DNA of 64,000 nt. Origin: Phycisphaerae bacterium (lineage in GTDB: Bacteria > Planctomycetota > Phycisphaerae > WQYP01). Below the pieces are notes generated by a model. That model did not search any database, was not told where the DNA came from, and saw only the letters and a list, made by a program, of their open reading frames with translations. The first letter of the stretch is position 1, and each line of letters opens with the position of its first letter. Shown here piece after piece: positions 1-12,443 of the stretch. The position numbers and the translations under genes were made by a program. The DNA is taken from assembly GCA_035548175.1 (NCBI GenBank), contig DASZTO010000073.1:581-64580 (forward strand), given 5' to 3'.

Positions 1-4
1 GCAG

Positions 5-670
5 GTGTATGACGCCCGTTACAGCCCGATGGACATGAGCGGGGCCGGGGTACTTTCGCCGGTGGGCGCATGGAAGGGGCCGGTAACGCTGTTCAACGGG
101 GCGGTGGTGGTTGATCCGACGGGGCACACCACGATGGACAGCAGCGCGGCGCCGCAGATTCTGATCAATTCGCATGAGATGATCGAGCGCATGCCGGGCA
201 CGCCGACGATGCCGCTGACGAAGGCCCCGCTGATCAAGGATTTCGTGCCGCCGGCGGGACAGGTGAAGCGGATCGACGGGGCGGCGATCCAGGCGCTGGT
301 GGCGCAGCGTCGCGGGGTGTTGCTCTTTACGCTCTGGGCGGCGGGCTTCATCAGCAAGCTGGTGGGCGAGACGCTGTGGGCGACGATCACGATATTCCTG
401 ATCAGCCCGATGGTGTCGATCGGGGCGGCGGTGGGCGGGAGGCGGCTGCTGATTCCGCGGCGCGTGGCGCATCGGATCGCGGGGGCGGTGGTGGTGCCGC
501 TGATCGTTTTCGGCGGGGTCATGCAGGGTTGCGGCTATCCGCTGTCGGACGCGATCGGGCTGGAGCCGGCGCTGATCGTCTGGTTCCTGGCGGCGTCGGC
601 GATGGCGGCGTGGGCGGGGGTGTTGGCGCGGCGGATGTACATGCCGGACAAGGGGAGGGCGCGCTCGTGA
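5..670 (+). CDS. Membrane protein, C-terminal part; 5' end lies upstream of the window. Hypothetical.
   Basis: The ORF runs from the window edge. The translation has several hydrophobic helices (LLFTLWAAGFISKLV, ITIFLISPMVSIGAAV, VVVPLIVFGGV, LIVWFLAASAMAAWAGV). The stop overlaps the GTG start of kdsB by 4 nt. Confidence 0.4.
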   Translation: MYDARYSPMDMSGAGVLSPVGAWKGPVTLFNGAVVVDPTGHTTMDSSAAPQILINSHEMIERMPGTPTMPLTKAPLIKDFVPPAGQVKRIDGAAIQALVAQRRGVLLFTLWAAGFISKLVGETLWATITIFLISPMVSIGAAVGGRRLLIPRRVAHRIAGAVVVPLIVFGGVMQGCGYPLSDAIGLEPALIVWFLAASAMAAWAGVLARRMYMPDKGRARS

Positions 671-1431
671 GGGCGGTGATCGTCATTCCCGCGCGGTATG
701 GATCGACGCGTTTTCCGGGCAAACCGCTGGCGCGTCAAACGGGCAAGTATCTGATCGAACATGTGGTGGAGCAGGCGCGCAAGGCGCGCGGGGCGGCGGA
801 GGTGGTGGTGGCCACGGACGATGCCCGGATCGCGGCGGCGGCAAGCAGTTTCGGTGCGCGGGCGGTGATGACATCCGCGGCGCATCCATCGGGCACCGAC
901 CGGGTCGCGGAGGTGATGAGGCACGGGGAGTTCGCGGGGATGGACATCGCGATCAACGTGCAGGGCGACGAGCCGGAGATCGATCCGGCGATCATCGAGA
1001 ATTTGATCGGCGCGTGCGGGCGTCCGGGGGTGGAGATGGCGACCGTGAGCGCGCCGTTCGAGCATCACGGGGAGGTGGAGAATCCGAACATCGTCAAGGT
1101 GGTGACCGACCGAGCGGGGTTTGCGCTGTATTTTTCCCGTGCGGCGATTCCGTTCAATCGTGATGGGGGCGCGGCCGGGCCGTTGCCGCGCTACCACAAG
1201 CACCTGGGGATTTACGGCTATCGGCGGGAAGCGCTGCTGACGCTCGCGTCGTCTGCGGTGTGCGACCTGGAGCGGGCGGAAAAGCTGGAGCAGCTTCGGG
1301 CGCTGTACCTGGGCATGCGCCTATACGTCCACGATGCGGTCCGCGCCCCTCACGGCATCGACACGCCCGAGGATTATGCGGCTTTCGTGAAGCGATATAA
1401 TGCGACGGCGGGTGCGCCGGCGGCGGTGTGA
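667..1431 (+). CDS. kdsB: 3-deoxy-manno-octulosonate cytidylyltransferase (CMP-KDO synthetase)
   Basis: The translation VIVIPARYGSTRFPGKPL...AAEVVVATDD...HPSGTDR...NVQGDEPEIDP matches the KdsB motifs. I chose the GTG at 667, in frame within ORF 376..1431, giving about 254 aa. Synteny with pyrG downstream supports the call. Confidence 0.85.
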   Translation: MRAVIVIPARYGSTRFPGKPLARQTGKYLIEHVVEQARKARGAAEVVVATDDARIAAAASSFGARAVMTSAAHPSGTDRVAEVMRHGEFAGMDIAINVQGDEPEIDPAIIENLIGACGRPGVEMATVSAPFEHHGEVENPNIVKVVTDRAGFALYFSRAAIPFNRDGGAAGPLPRYHKHLGIYGYRREALLTLASSAVCDLERAEKLEQLRALYLGMRLYVHDAVRAPHGIDTPEDYAAFVKRYNATAGAPAAV

Positions 1432-1505
1432 AAACAAGCGGGCGTGGTGTATAAAGCGGCGGGTCGGAACGCTCCGCAGGGATGTACTAACAGAGCGAGA
1501 TCGCG

Positions 1506-3326
1506 ATGGCTGAAGACTCAAACGAACTGCTGGCCTCCATCGGTCATACCAGCGACGAAACCGAATTTTACTCGCCGATGCCCCCCGGCTACGTCAAAGG
1601 CAAAACCAAGTACGTGGTCGTCGTGGGCACGGTGATGTCGGGGCTGGGCAAGGGCATTTTCGCGTCGTCGCTGGCCAAAATCCTCAAGGACAAAGGCCTC
1701 ACCGTCGCTCCGATCAAAATGGAAGGCTACCTCAACCTGGATTCGGGCACGCTCAACCCGTTCCGCCATGGCGAAGTTTTCGTGCTTGAAGACGGCATGG
1801 AAACCGACATGGACCTGGGGACCTACGAGCGGATGCTCAACGAAAATCTCAACCGCCACAACTTCACGACCAGCGGGCAGATTTTTACCCGCGTCCTGGA
1901 TCGTGAACGCCACGGCGGTTATCTCGGCCGCGACGTGCAGATGATTCCGCACGTGACCGGCGAGGTGAAGCGCCTGCTGCGCGATCTGGCCGCCACCAGC
2001 CAGGCGGACGTGGTGTTCATCGAAGTGGGCGGCACGGTGGGCGATTACGAAAACGGCTACTTCATCGAAGCGCTGCGCGAGCTGCGCTATGAGGAAGGGG
2101 AGGAAAGCGTGTGCGTCGTCGCCCTCACGTATGTGATGGAGCCCAAGACGCTCGGGGAGCAAAAGAGCAAGGCGGCGCAACTGGGCTTGCGCCAGGTGAT
2201 GGAGGCGGGGCTGGTGCCGGATATCGTGGCGTGCCGGTGTCCCAGCCCGGTGACGGAGAAGGTGAAGCAGAAAATCTCGATGTTTTCCAACGTGTCGCTG
2301 CGGCGGGTTTTTTCGATGCACGATGTCGACAGCATTTACCTGGTGCCGGAAATGCTCCGCGAAGCCGGGATGGACCGTGAAGTGCTCACCATCCTGGGCC
2401 TGCACGACCGGGTGAACCAGCGTTCCGAAGACGTCGCCCGCCGGCGGTGGGTCCGCTTCGTCGACGACCTGCTGGCGCCCAAGGAGAAGGAAGTGGTGAT
2501 CGGGATTGCGGGCAAATACACGGCCATCCGCGACGCCTACGCCTCCATCGACAAGGCCCTCGAACATTGTTCGGCGCACGCCCATTGCCGGGTCACCATC
2601 GACTGGATCGACACGACGGAGCTCACGCCGCGCAACGCGGGCGAACGCCTGAAGCATCTGCACGGCATCATCGTGCCGGGCGGGTTTGGCAATCGCGGGG
2701 TCGAGGGAAAAATCGCGTGCGTCCAGTACGCCCGGGAGAACAAGCTGCCGTTCCTGGGGATTTGCCTGGGCTTCCAGATGGCGGTGATCGAGTTCGCGCG
2801 CAACGTGTGCCATCTGGAAGACGCCAACTCCACCGAGTTCGCCCCGCGCTGCAAGAACCCCGTGATCGATATTCTGCCCGAGCAGAAAAAGATCGAAGGC
2901 CTCGGCGGCAACATGCGGCTGGGGGCGAAGGAAATCGACATCAGGCCCGGCTCGCTGCTGTCACATCTTTACGGCGATGCCACCAGCACCACGCTGCGTT
3001 TCCGGCACCGCTACGAAGTCGATCCCCGCTACATCGAAACCCTCACCAGCCACGGGCTGATTTTCAGCGGCCAGCATCCGACGCAGCCGATCATGCAAAT
3101 GCTCGAACTCCCGCAAGCCACGCATCCTTATTTCGTCGGCACGCAGGCCCACCCGTGCCTGACCAGCCGGCCGCTGACGCCGGACGGCATGTTCCTGGGC
3201 CTGGTGAAGGCCGCGCTTGCCCGCGCCTACAACCAGGGCACGCTCATCGAGAACGTGGGCCCCGCGAAGTCCAACGGCAACGCGGCCGCCGCCTCATCGC
3301 CGGCCATGGCGATGACGGGCAAATAA
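1506..3326 (+). CDS. pyrG: CTP synthase (glutamine-hydrolysing)
   Basis: N-terminal synthase motif KYVVVVGTVMSGLGKGI; C-terminal class-I glutamine amidotransferase motifs GIIVPGGFGNRG and GICLGFQ. There is a short N-terminal extension, so the alternative start at 1578 is possible. Confidence 0.9.
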   Translation: MAEDSNELLASIGHTSDETEFYSPMPPGYVKGKTKYVVVVGTVMSGLGKGIFASSLAKILKDKGLTVAPIKMEGYLNLDSGTLNPFRHGEVFVLEDGMETDMDLGTYERMLNENLNRHNFTTSGQIFTRVLDRERHGGYLGRDVQMIPHVTGEVKRLLRDLAATSQADVVFIEVGGTVGDYENGYFIEALRELRYEEGEESVCVVALTYVMEPKTLGEQKSKAAQLGLRQVMEAGLVPDIVACRCPSPVTEKVKQKISMFSNVSLRRVFSMHDVDSIYLVPEMLREAGMDREVLTILGLHDRVNQRSEDVARRRWVRFVDDLLAPKEKEVVIGIAGKYTAIRDAYASIDKALEHCSAHAHCRVTIDWIDTTELTPRNAGERLKHLHGIIVPGGFGNRGVEGKIACVQYARENKLPFLGICLGFQMAVIEFARNVCHLEDANSTEFAPRCKNPVIDILPEQKKIEGLGGNMRLGAKEIDIRPGSLLSHLYGDATSTTLRFRHRYEVDPRYIETLTSHGLIFSGQHPTQPIMQMLELPQATHPYFVGTQAHPCLTSRPLTPDGMFLGLVKAALARAYNQGTLIENVGPAKSNGNAAAASSPAMAMTGK

Positions 3327-3339
3327 CAGCGGCGTCGTT

Positions 3340-5358
3340 TCATGCCTCGACGCCCGCCGGCGCGCCCTGGCACGCATCCGCGGGCTCGAAGATTTCACGT
3401 CCGTCGGCCACCTCCACCGACCATCCCGCGCCGCACCTGCCGCAGGCCGCCGGGAGTATTTCCCGAGTTCCGCCGCAACGCGCACAGCGCTCTCTTCCGC
3501 GGCCGGTGTAGAGGCCCAGCATCACCACCACGCCGGCGGGCCCGAGCAGCAGATTCCCGACGATCCAGCCGCTGGTCGTGCCGGCGCCCATGCGATAGCG
3601 CCGCGCGACCCAGAACGTGACGGCGGCCGCCAGAACCGCGCCGGCCGCGATGCCTGCATCGAACACCTGGGCGAATTCCATCGTGCGAATGTCGAGCACC
3701 CGATCGAGGACCCACGTCGGGCACAGCGGGCGCGCCGCGAGGGGAAAGATCAAGCCGAACATCGCGGTCTCGGTGACCTTTGGGCTGCGATAATCCGGCT
3801 GGCGCGGAAACGCCGTTTCCCGCAGCAGCTTCCCGTCCTGGTCATACTCCCAGAGCGCGGCCTGCAGTTCGGGATGCGTCGGGAGCGGCTCGGTCTCGAG
3901 CAGCAGGTGGTGATTCGCGAGGATCGCCGGGGCGATCTCATAGGCCGCGGGATCGACGGACATGGGGACGTCAAACAGCGTTTCGCCGGTCGGCCGCAGC
4001 GCGTAGAGCCTGCGGCGCGTGCTGACGACGATGGCGGGATTCTGCGGCGGCGCGAGTTGGGCCGCATAGAGGACCGGGTCATCCTGCGCCGCCGTGAACA
4101 CCCGGCGCACCCGCCGCTGATCGAGTTCGATCCAATAGACCACAGAAGGAAAGGCAATGGCCCGGCCCATGGCGAGGGACGCCAGATTCAGGGGCGTTCC
4201 GGAAAATCGCTCCGTGGGCGCCGTGCCGACCGCGGAAAATCCGGCCGGACCGACGCTCCCGAGCTTGCGATGCGATACCGGATCGATCAACTCGATGAGC
4301 CGCTGGGGGACATCGTAGAGGGACAGGAAGGGCACCCGCACTCCCGGCGGCGCCACGGAGGACAACCTCGCGACGCCCGGAGTGGGGCTGCGATAGTCGT
4401 CGGACTCGAACTTACGGGCGGCCCATGGGAGCGCGGGCGGATCGACGAGGAAGGCGTTGAAGCGGACGAAAATTCCCGCATAGGCCGGGTCATTCGGATC
4501 GACGTGCTCATATTGCGGCAAGGGCTTTCCGGCGACATCGTCGAAGGCGAACGTGCGGTCGGCGTCGGCGATTGTTTCGGTGACGCGCACGATGTTTCCG
4601 TCGCGGTCGACCTGGTAATACTGCCAATGGCCGCCGACGTTGAAGCTGGTGCTCAGTCCCAGGATGAACATGCCGAGGGCGAGCGCGCCGGGATACATCA
4701 TGGCGCCGAGTGCGCCGCGCGTGACGGCCGGTCCGTCCATTTCGCCGTTGCTGGAGAAGACTCCCCATGCGGCGGTCGCCCCGATGGCCTGGATGGCGAG
4801 CAGGACGGCCGCCGCCGCCGCGAATCCGGGGATGAGGAGGTAGGCGGCGACGGTCCCAAAAACGGCCAGGCCCAGGGGAAGGAGGCGCGTGCCGTGCCAG
4901 CGTGCCCGCCGGAGCAGGAGCACCATACCGGCAAAGTAGTAACAGCCGGCGCTGAGGACGTCGGCGGTGAGGGGCAGGGCCATCCGCCACTGGAAGGGCA
5001 GGGCCACGTGTCCGGGCCAGGCCGCCCATGCCGCAGTGAGCGCGCAGGGAAGCCCCAGCGCCCCGTACAGGAGCCCCAGCCCGGCGGCGCACTTCGCGGC
5101 GAATATCCGGCCGCGGCGCACCGGGCGATGCACCACGAAGGCCCAGTTGTCCGGCCGCACCTCGAACATGGCCTGCGCCGCGCCCATCAGGAGCCCCGCG
5201 ATCGCCGCCAGAAAAGGGGTCGTCGCCTGGGCCAGCGCATACAGCAGCATCGCCGACGCATCGCGCATGCCATGCACGCAGATCGCCAGCAGCACCACGA
5301 AAATGACCGCCGCCCACTTGAGGTTTTCGCGCAGCTCGCGCACAAACACGCCCATCAT
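3340..5358 (-). CDS. ABC-2-type transporter permease with a large extracytoplasmic domain and a C-terminal cysteine zinc-ribbon tail
   Basis: The ATG at 5358 overlaps the ATPase stop as ATGA. About six N-terminal TM helices are followed by a roughly 350-aa soluble domain, one more TM, then CARCGGTREILPAACGRCGAGW. The upstream 5'-extension of the 895-aa ORF overlaps the ATPase gene and is rejected. Confidence 0.6.
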   Translation of the reverse strand: MMGVFVRELRENLKWAAVIFVVLLAICVHGMRDASAMLLYALAQATTPFLAAIAGLLMGAAQAMFEVRPDNWAFVVHRPVRRGRIFAAKCAAGLGLLYGALGLPCALTAAWAAWPGHVALPFQWRMALPLTADVLSAGCYYFAGMVLLLRRARWHGTRLLPLGLAVFGTVAAYLLIPGFAAAAAVLLAIQAIGATAAWGVFSSNGEMDGPAVTRGALGAMMYPGALALGMFILGLSTSFNVGGHWQYYQVDRDGNIVRVTETIADADRTFAFDDVAGKPLPQYEHVDPNDPAYAGIFVRFNAFLVDPPALPWAARKFESDDYRSPTPGVARLSSVAPPGVRVPFLSLYDVPQRLIELIDPVSHRKLGSVGPAGFSAVGTAPTERFSGTPLNLASLAMGRAIAFPSVVYWIELDQRRVRRVFTAAQDDPVLYAAQLAPPQNPAIVVSTRRRLYALRPTGETLFDVPMSVDPAAYEIAPAILANHHLLLETEPLPTHPELQAALWEYDQDGKLLRETAFPRQPDYRSPKVTETAMFGLIFPLAARPLCPTWVLDRVLDIRTMEFAQVFDAGIAAGAVLAAAVTFWVARRYRMGAGTTSGWIVGNLLLGPAGVVVMLGLYTGRGRERCARCGGTREILPAACGRCGAGWSVEVADGREIFEPADACQGAPAGVEA

Positions 5359-6299
5359 GGCACGCCTCCCGGCAATTCCACGCGCTTGCTCGATTCCTCG
5401 GCACGCACGGTTTCCATGCTGCCCCCGAGATAACTCACGAACGCATCCTCGAGGCTGATCGGGGCCTCGCGCATGTCCACGGGGCCCATCCGGCGCAGTA
5501 CCGACAGCGTCTCTTGGGTCACGTTCACCAGCGTGAGGCGCAGCTCCCTTCCCCGAACGACGCATTGGATCAAGCCGCGAATCGCCGGCGGCGCCGGAGG
5601 CGGCGAGGAGAAGCTCAGCACGAAGCACTGGACGCAGCTGCGGAACGTATCGAGCGAACACTGGGCCCGGAGCACGCTGTAATCCAGGATGGCGATGTGG
5701 TCCGCCATCCGCTCGATATCCGCCAGCAGATGCGAGGAAAATACGATGGTTCGATCGGCCTTGCGCGACGCATGCACCATCGACTCGAGGAGCGACCGCC
5801 GCGCCACCGGATCGAGCCCGATCGCGGGGTCGTCCAGTATCAGGAGGTCCGGCTCCGGCGCCAGGGTCATCGCCAGGCACAGCCCGGCCCGCTCTCCGCG
5901 CGACAGGTTCCGCGCCCGCGTCCTGGGGTCCACACGGAAGAACTTCAGCACTGAATAAAACAGGTCTGAATTCCAATGGGGATAGAATTGCGACTGATAG
6001 GCGTGGGCGTCGGCCACGCGCATCCATCCGTAAACCGGATGGCCCTCGGCGAGGTATCCGATCCGCGCCCGCGTTTCAGGCGACAACCGCCCGCTCTCCT
6101 GGCCGAGCACCCAGCTCTTTCCCCAGCTGGGCGCCAGCAGCCCGAGGATCATCCGCAGGCTGGTCGTCTTCCCCGAACCGTTCCGCCCGAGCAAGCCGAA
6201 CACCGATCCGCGCGGCACGCTCAGGTTCACATCGAAGACGATGCGTTTGGTTCCGAAATACCGCGTCAGATGCTCGGTCCTGATGACGCACTCAGTCAC
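5355..6299 (-). CDS. ABC transporter ATP-binding protein
   Basis: Walker A GLLGRNGSGKTT, ABC signature LSRGERAGLCLAM, Walker B LLILDDP. Confidence 0.85.
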   Translation of the reverse strand: MTECVIRTEHLTRYFGTKRIVFDVNLSVPRGSVFGLLGRNGSGKTTSLRMILGLLAPSWGKSWVLGQESGRLSPETRARIGYLAEGHPVYGWMRVADAHAYQSQFYPHWNSDLFYSVLKFFRVDPRTRARNLSRGERAGLCLAMTLAPEPDLLILDDPAIGLDPVARRSLLESMVHASRKADRTIVFSSHLLADIERMADHIAILDYSVLRAQCSLDTFRSCVQCFVLSFSSPPPAPPAIRGLIQCVVRGRELRLTLVNVTQETLSVLRRMGPVDMREAPISLEDAFVSYLGGSMETVRAEESSKRVELPGGVP

Positions 6300-6705
6300 G
6301 GCCGACCCCCTTTCCGCTGGCCGCCTCGAGCCGCTGCAGCTTGCGATCGAGCACTTCGCGCAACTCGTCGGGGGTGAATCCCAGGTGCAATCCGTCGGAA
6401 ACGAAGGCTTCGAGCCGGCCGTCCAGGCGCCGCAGCCGCTCGGCTTTGGTGTAAATGGTTCGGCGCTGGGCGACGAACACGCCCTTGCCCTGCTGTCCGT
6501 CGAGGGCTCCTTCGCGGATCAGCTCCGCGTAGGCACGGCCGACGGTATTGGGATTGAGCACGAGCTCCTCGGCGAGCGCCCGCACGCTGGGGAGCTGCTC
6601 GCCCGCGGAAAGCTGTCCGGTGGCGATGGCCCGGCAGATCTGGTCGCAGATCTGCCGGTACATCGGGACCGTGCTCCCGGTCGCAAGTACGATATCGAGC
6701 CCCAT
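6292..6705 (-). CDS. GntR-family (YtrA-like) transcriptional regulator
   Basis: Winged helix-turn-helix motif LPSVRALAEELVLNPNTVGRAYAEL. It is 137 aa and overlaps the downstream ABC ATPase start by 8 nt, the classic ytrA-ABC arrangement. Confidence 0.8.
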   Translation of the reverse strand: MGLDIVLATGSTVPMYRQICDQICRAIATGQLSAGEQLPSVRALAEELVLNPNTVGRAYAELIREGALDGQQGKGVFVAQRRTIYTKAERLRRLDGRLEAFVSDGLHLGFTPDELREVLDRKLQRLEAASGKGVGRD

Positions 6706-6797
6706 GCCGCTCTCCTACTGTACCAAATCACTTAATACAGTAGACACAGCGACCGCCGGCCTGTCAACATAATTCCGGAAATTCCGCGCCGCCCCCG

Positions 6798-6807
6798 CCC
6801 CCCCCCC
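6798..6807. repeat. Homopolymeric C10 tract in the GntR-ABC operon upstream region
   Basis: CCCCCCCCCC at 6798-6807, preceded by C5 at 6792-6796, about 90 nt upstream of the GntR start. Confidence 0.6.
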
Positions 6808-6833
6808 GCGCCCGCCCCGGCGCCCGCGGACCC

Positions 6834-7925
6834 TCAGAAATCCAGCGTCAGCGACAGCGACACGCGGGAATCGTTCCGCTTGCGGCCCTGCGACGGCTGG
6901 TTTTCATAATCGTCGTTATAGGCCAGCTTCAGCCCCAGGCCGCGTTCCACGTCGAGCTTGTAGTTCAGGGCGGTCTCGGAGTGAATCCGCCAGACATCCT
7001 GATCCAGCAGCGAGGTGGTGTAGGTGGTTTCATGCGTGGCGCTCAGGTGGGAGTTGATGGCGTATGACATGCGGATGCCGGCCTCGCCCGAGGGCGCCAC
7101 GTCCGACTTGCCGTCGAAGGTCTTGAGGTACTCCACGCCCGGTCCGCCGCGCAGGTCCAGCTTGAAGCGATCGCCGCGAAAGAGGTAATAGCCCAACCCG
7201 CCGGAACCCTGGGCCTGGAGCGAAATGCCCTTGATCTCATCGTAGCGCACGTCGTCCGAGGCATAGGCGTACCATTTTTGGGTGAGGTCGTGGCGATAGA
7301 CCGTGTTCTGATCGACGAGCCCCGCGGTCTGCGAGCCGTTGGACGTGCCGTAGAGCGCTTCGAACTTTTCCGTCAATTCCTCGGTGTTTTTCTGATAATG
7401 CAGGGTGAGGTCGGCGTTGAAGGAGGTGGTCTCGTCATTGCCCGCCGAGTTGACGGCGCCGATGGCCAGCGTGTTTTTCCAGTTGGGCCCGAAATCGAGG
7501 TAGTGTGTGAAGCGCCTGGGCGTCTCCGGGGTCTTGACGGGAGTCACCACCGCGGGCGCGGGGGGCGTGCCCGTCGGCGGGATGTTGGGCGTCTGGGTTT
7601 CCAGCCAGCCGACCGCCGCCGCCTGCGTGGCCGCGCCGCTTGCCGGCTGCGTGCCCGGCTGGGTGGGCGCGAGGGGGGAGAGATAGCGCTCCTGCGTGTT
7701 TCCGTCCGCCCGCACCACCGCCACCGGATGATCCGATTGAAGCGTGCGCACGGCGCTGCGCTCGATCTTCAACGTGCCCGCGTAGGGCGTCGATAGCGTG
7801 ATCGCCCGCGGCGACACTTCCGTGATGTTGCCCGTGATCTTGTCCCCGTTCTTCAACGTCACGGTATCGGCGAGCGCGGAACTGGCCGCCAGCAATAAGA
7901 CCATCGCGGGGAGCATGCGCATCAT
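6834..7925 (-). CDS. DUF481-family outer-membrane beta-barrel protein
   Basis: Signal peptide MMRMLPAMVLLLAASSALA from the ATG at 7925. The protein has alternating-hydrophobic beta-strand character, ends in F, and carries the YdiY-like YxxxxxDxxxY pattern. Confidence 0.55.
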   Translation of the reverse strand: MMRMLPAMVLLLAASSALADTVTLKNGDKITGNITEVSPRAITLSTPYAGTLKIERSAVRTLQSDHPVAVVRADGNTQERYLSPLAPTQPGTQPASGAATQAAAVGWLETQTPNIPPTGTPPAPAVVTPVKTPETPRRFTHYLDFGPNWKNTLAIGAVNSAGNDETTSFNADLTLHYQKNTEELTEKFEALYGTSNGSQTAGLVDQNTVYRHDLTQKWYAYASDDVRYDEIKGISLQAQGSGGLGYYLFRGDRFKLDLRGGPGVEYLKTFDGKSDVAPSGEAGIRMSYAINSHLSATHETTYTTSLLDQDVWRIHSETALNYKLDVERGLGLKLAYNDDYENQPSQGRKRNDSRVSLSLTLDF

Positions 7926-8085
7926 CAAAATCCTTTCGTAGAGCGGCAGCGGGGGGAAAACAGACAGTACGACCGATGCCGCGGCGCGGTTCCATGTTGC
8001 GGCGATTCGCGAACAAAAAAGCGCCTGGGCGTGCTGTCCCTTTAACATGACTGATGCACAATGGACAACCCCGCCGCCCTGCTGG

Positions 8086-9162
8086 TTAGCGGGCGGGCAG
8101 CGGAATCGCCACGCCCGCGGCCTGCCGGCAGATGGAGCCGAACTGCTCCAGCGTGCGCGCCATCGAATGCCGATCGCGAATGAACTGCTGGGCCTTTCGG
8201 GCGATCGCCGCCGCCCGCGGACGGTCCTGCGTCATCTCCCGCAGCACCTCGTGCCACGCATCGGCGGTCTGCGGTCCCACCACCCGGCAGGTCTGGTTAT
8301 CCAGCAGGTAGTCCGCGGCATGATTGGGCGTGGTGATCACCGCCAGTCCGCGGCCCATCGCCTCGAGCGTGCGATACTGCACCCGCGACGCCGGCAATAT
8401 GTGAATGTACAGATCGCCATGCAGCAGCAGCGGCTCGGTGTCGTGCTGGTAGGGCACGAACGAAAAGCGATCGAGGATGTTCAATTGCTCGGCCACCCGC
8501 CAGATCGCATACTCCGCCTGGCCCGTGTCATATGCGAACAGGAGAAAATCCTGGTTCGTATCCACGAGCATCCGGCAGGCCTTGATCAACGCCTCGTAGG
8601 CCGACTTATCCTCCAGCGGGTCCAGCGACACCAGACAGGGCAGCTGTCCCTCGACGTCGTAGCAGGCGACCGTTTCTTCCGTGTATGTGCCGGGGTGAAT
8701 GACGGTCACGGGCGTCGCATAATTGGCGGGCAAGCGCGATGCGATGGGCACGGACGACGCAATGATCTGCCGGATCGCCGGCAAGCGCGCCAGCGGGGAA
8801 AACAACTCCGAAGCATCCCAGGCCCACAACACCATCGGCAGCGCCGGCACCGCATCCGCGAGCGCCCCGACGATGGCCGCGTCCGCCGAGCCCCACACGA
8901 CCAGCACGTCCGGCGGATTGTCGGCGAGCGTCCGCGACAGCCCGTTGAGCCGCAGCTTCTGGAGGACCGGCAGCCGCTCCCATCCGTTCCAGCGGTAGGT
9001 GAGGCAGCGCGATCCCAGCGTCGGCAACTGCGACAGGTCCATGTCGCTGCGCGCCAGAAACGTGACCTGCTGCCCTTCGGCCTTGAGGCCCATCACCAGA
9101 TGCCGCACAAACGCGGTCTCTTGCGCGAGCTGCACATCGTCAAGCCAGAAGGCAATGTCCAT
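8086..9162 (-). CDS. Glycosyltransferase family 4 (GT1-type fold)
   Basis: N-terminal MDIAFWLDD and C-terminal LEAMGRGLAVITT, a GT4 EX7E-like region. Confidence 0.7.
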   Translation of the reverse strand: MDIAFWLDDVQLAQETAFVRHLVMGLKAEGQQVTFLARSDMDLSQLPTLGSRCLTYRWNGWERLPVLQKLRLNGLSRTLADNPPDVLVVWGSADAAIVGALADAVPALPMVLWAWDASELFSPLARLPAIRQIIASSVPIASRLPANYATPVTVIHPGTYTEETVACYDVEGQLPCLVSLDPLEDKSAYEALIKACRMLVDTNQDFLLFAYDTGQAEYAIWRVAEQLNILDRFSFVPYQHDTEPLLLHGDLYIHILPASRVQYRTLEAMGRGLAVITTPNHAADYLLDNQTCRVVGPQTADAWHEVLREMTQDRPRAAAIARKAQQFIRDRHSMARTLEQFGSICRQAAGVAIPLPAR

Positions 9163-9460
9163 TGCGGAATCCTGTGTGGTGGACGGGGCGGTTCGCGTCA
9201 GGCGGCGATGCCAATCCGTCGAAGGGCCGGGGCGCGGCTGATTGTAATGAGCGGGCGAAAGCGCGCCTATCGGGGAGCGGCGGGGGCGATGGCGATCGGC
9301 GGGATGGAGTTTCTCGGGACTACCAGCGAGCGGGACCTGGTGAACGCGCCGGCGACGGCGGCGCTGGATTTGTCCAACGATCCCTTGCAGCGGCAGATCG
9401 AGGCGGATGCGGCGGCGCTGCGGGGTCGGGAGGAGGCGCCATGAGGGCGTGGCGGGGATG

Positions 9461-9490
9461 AAAAAGCCCCGGCGCGGGGCCGGGGCTTTG
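9461..9490 (-). terminator. Rho-independent terminator downstream of clpC
   Basis: AAAAAGCCCCGGCGCGGGGCCGGGGCTTTGG: a GC-rich 9-bp stem with a GCGG loop. The T-run lies on the minus strand as AAAAA at 9461-9465. Confidence 0.6.
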
Positions 9491-9538
9491 GTAGGTGTTG
9501 GGGTGATACCGCCTCGTTGCGGTCTGCCGGGGGACGTC

Positions 9539-12049
<2,511 letters not shown>

Positions 12050-12211
12050 TAGGGTCTCCTGTGGAGTTTCGTGGTGAATTGTACGAGTGCAGGTGCGCGG
12101 TTATCAAGTTGAGGGCGAGCGGAGCTGAGGGCGTGGCGGGAGAGTGCGACCGGGGGAGGAGTGGGTGTGATGCGAGGGGAGATGTGGGGTTTTGCTCGTA
12201 GATTTCGAAGA

Positions 12212-12276
12212 TTTTGCAAAAAACGTTGAGTTTTTGCCGTTGTGTTTTTGCAAACGTGGGGTTTTTGCCGTTGTGT
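12212..12276 (-). promoter_or_regulatory. AT-rich clpC upstream region with two direct-repeat pairs; candidate promoter or operator
   Basis: TTTTTGCCGTTGTGT at 12231-12245 and again at 12262-12276. TTTTGCAAA at 12212-12220 and again at 12246-12254. The region is locally AT-rich in a GC-rich genome and lies 160-230 nt upstream of the clpC start. Confidence 0.4.
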
Positions 12277-12433
12277 ATCGGGGTTTTGGTAAAATTCGAC
12301 ACAGCCTGATCCTCCTGGACCTCAGTACGAAGGCGCGAAGGGATGAAGGACACGAAGGGCCAGGAAGGGTTTTTTGAGTTTTTGGTCATGGCGCAATGGT
12401 CCTTTCGTCCATCAAGGGGGGTCGCGCCCACTT

Positions 12434-12443
12434 TGTGCGCACA
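12434..12443. promoter_or_regulatory. Perfect 10-bp palindrome TGTGCGCACA, candidate operator
   Basis: Exact palindrome located 385 nt upstream of clpC in the non-coding stretch. Confidence 0.25.

Noticed and set aside
3874-5433. 519-aa plus-strand ORF and several other ORFs antisense to the ABC permease
   Set aside because: The minus-strand permease has clear TM-helix periodicity and is coupled to the ATPase by ATGA. The plus-strand translations are Arg/Gly/Asp low-complexity.
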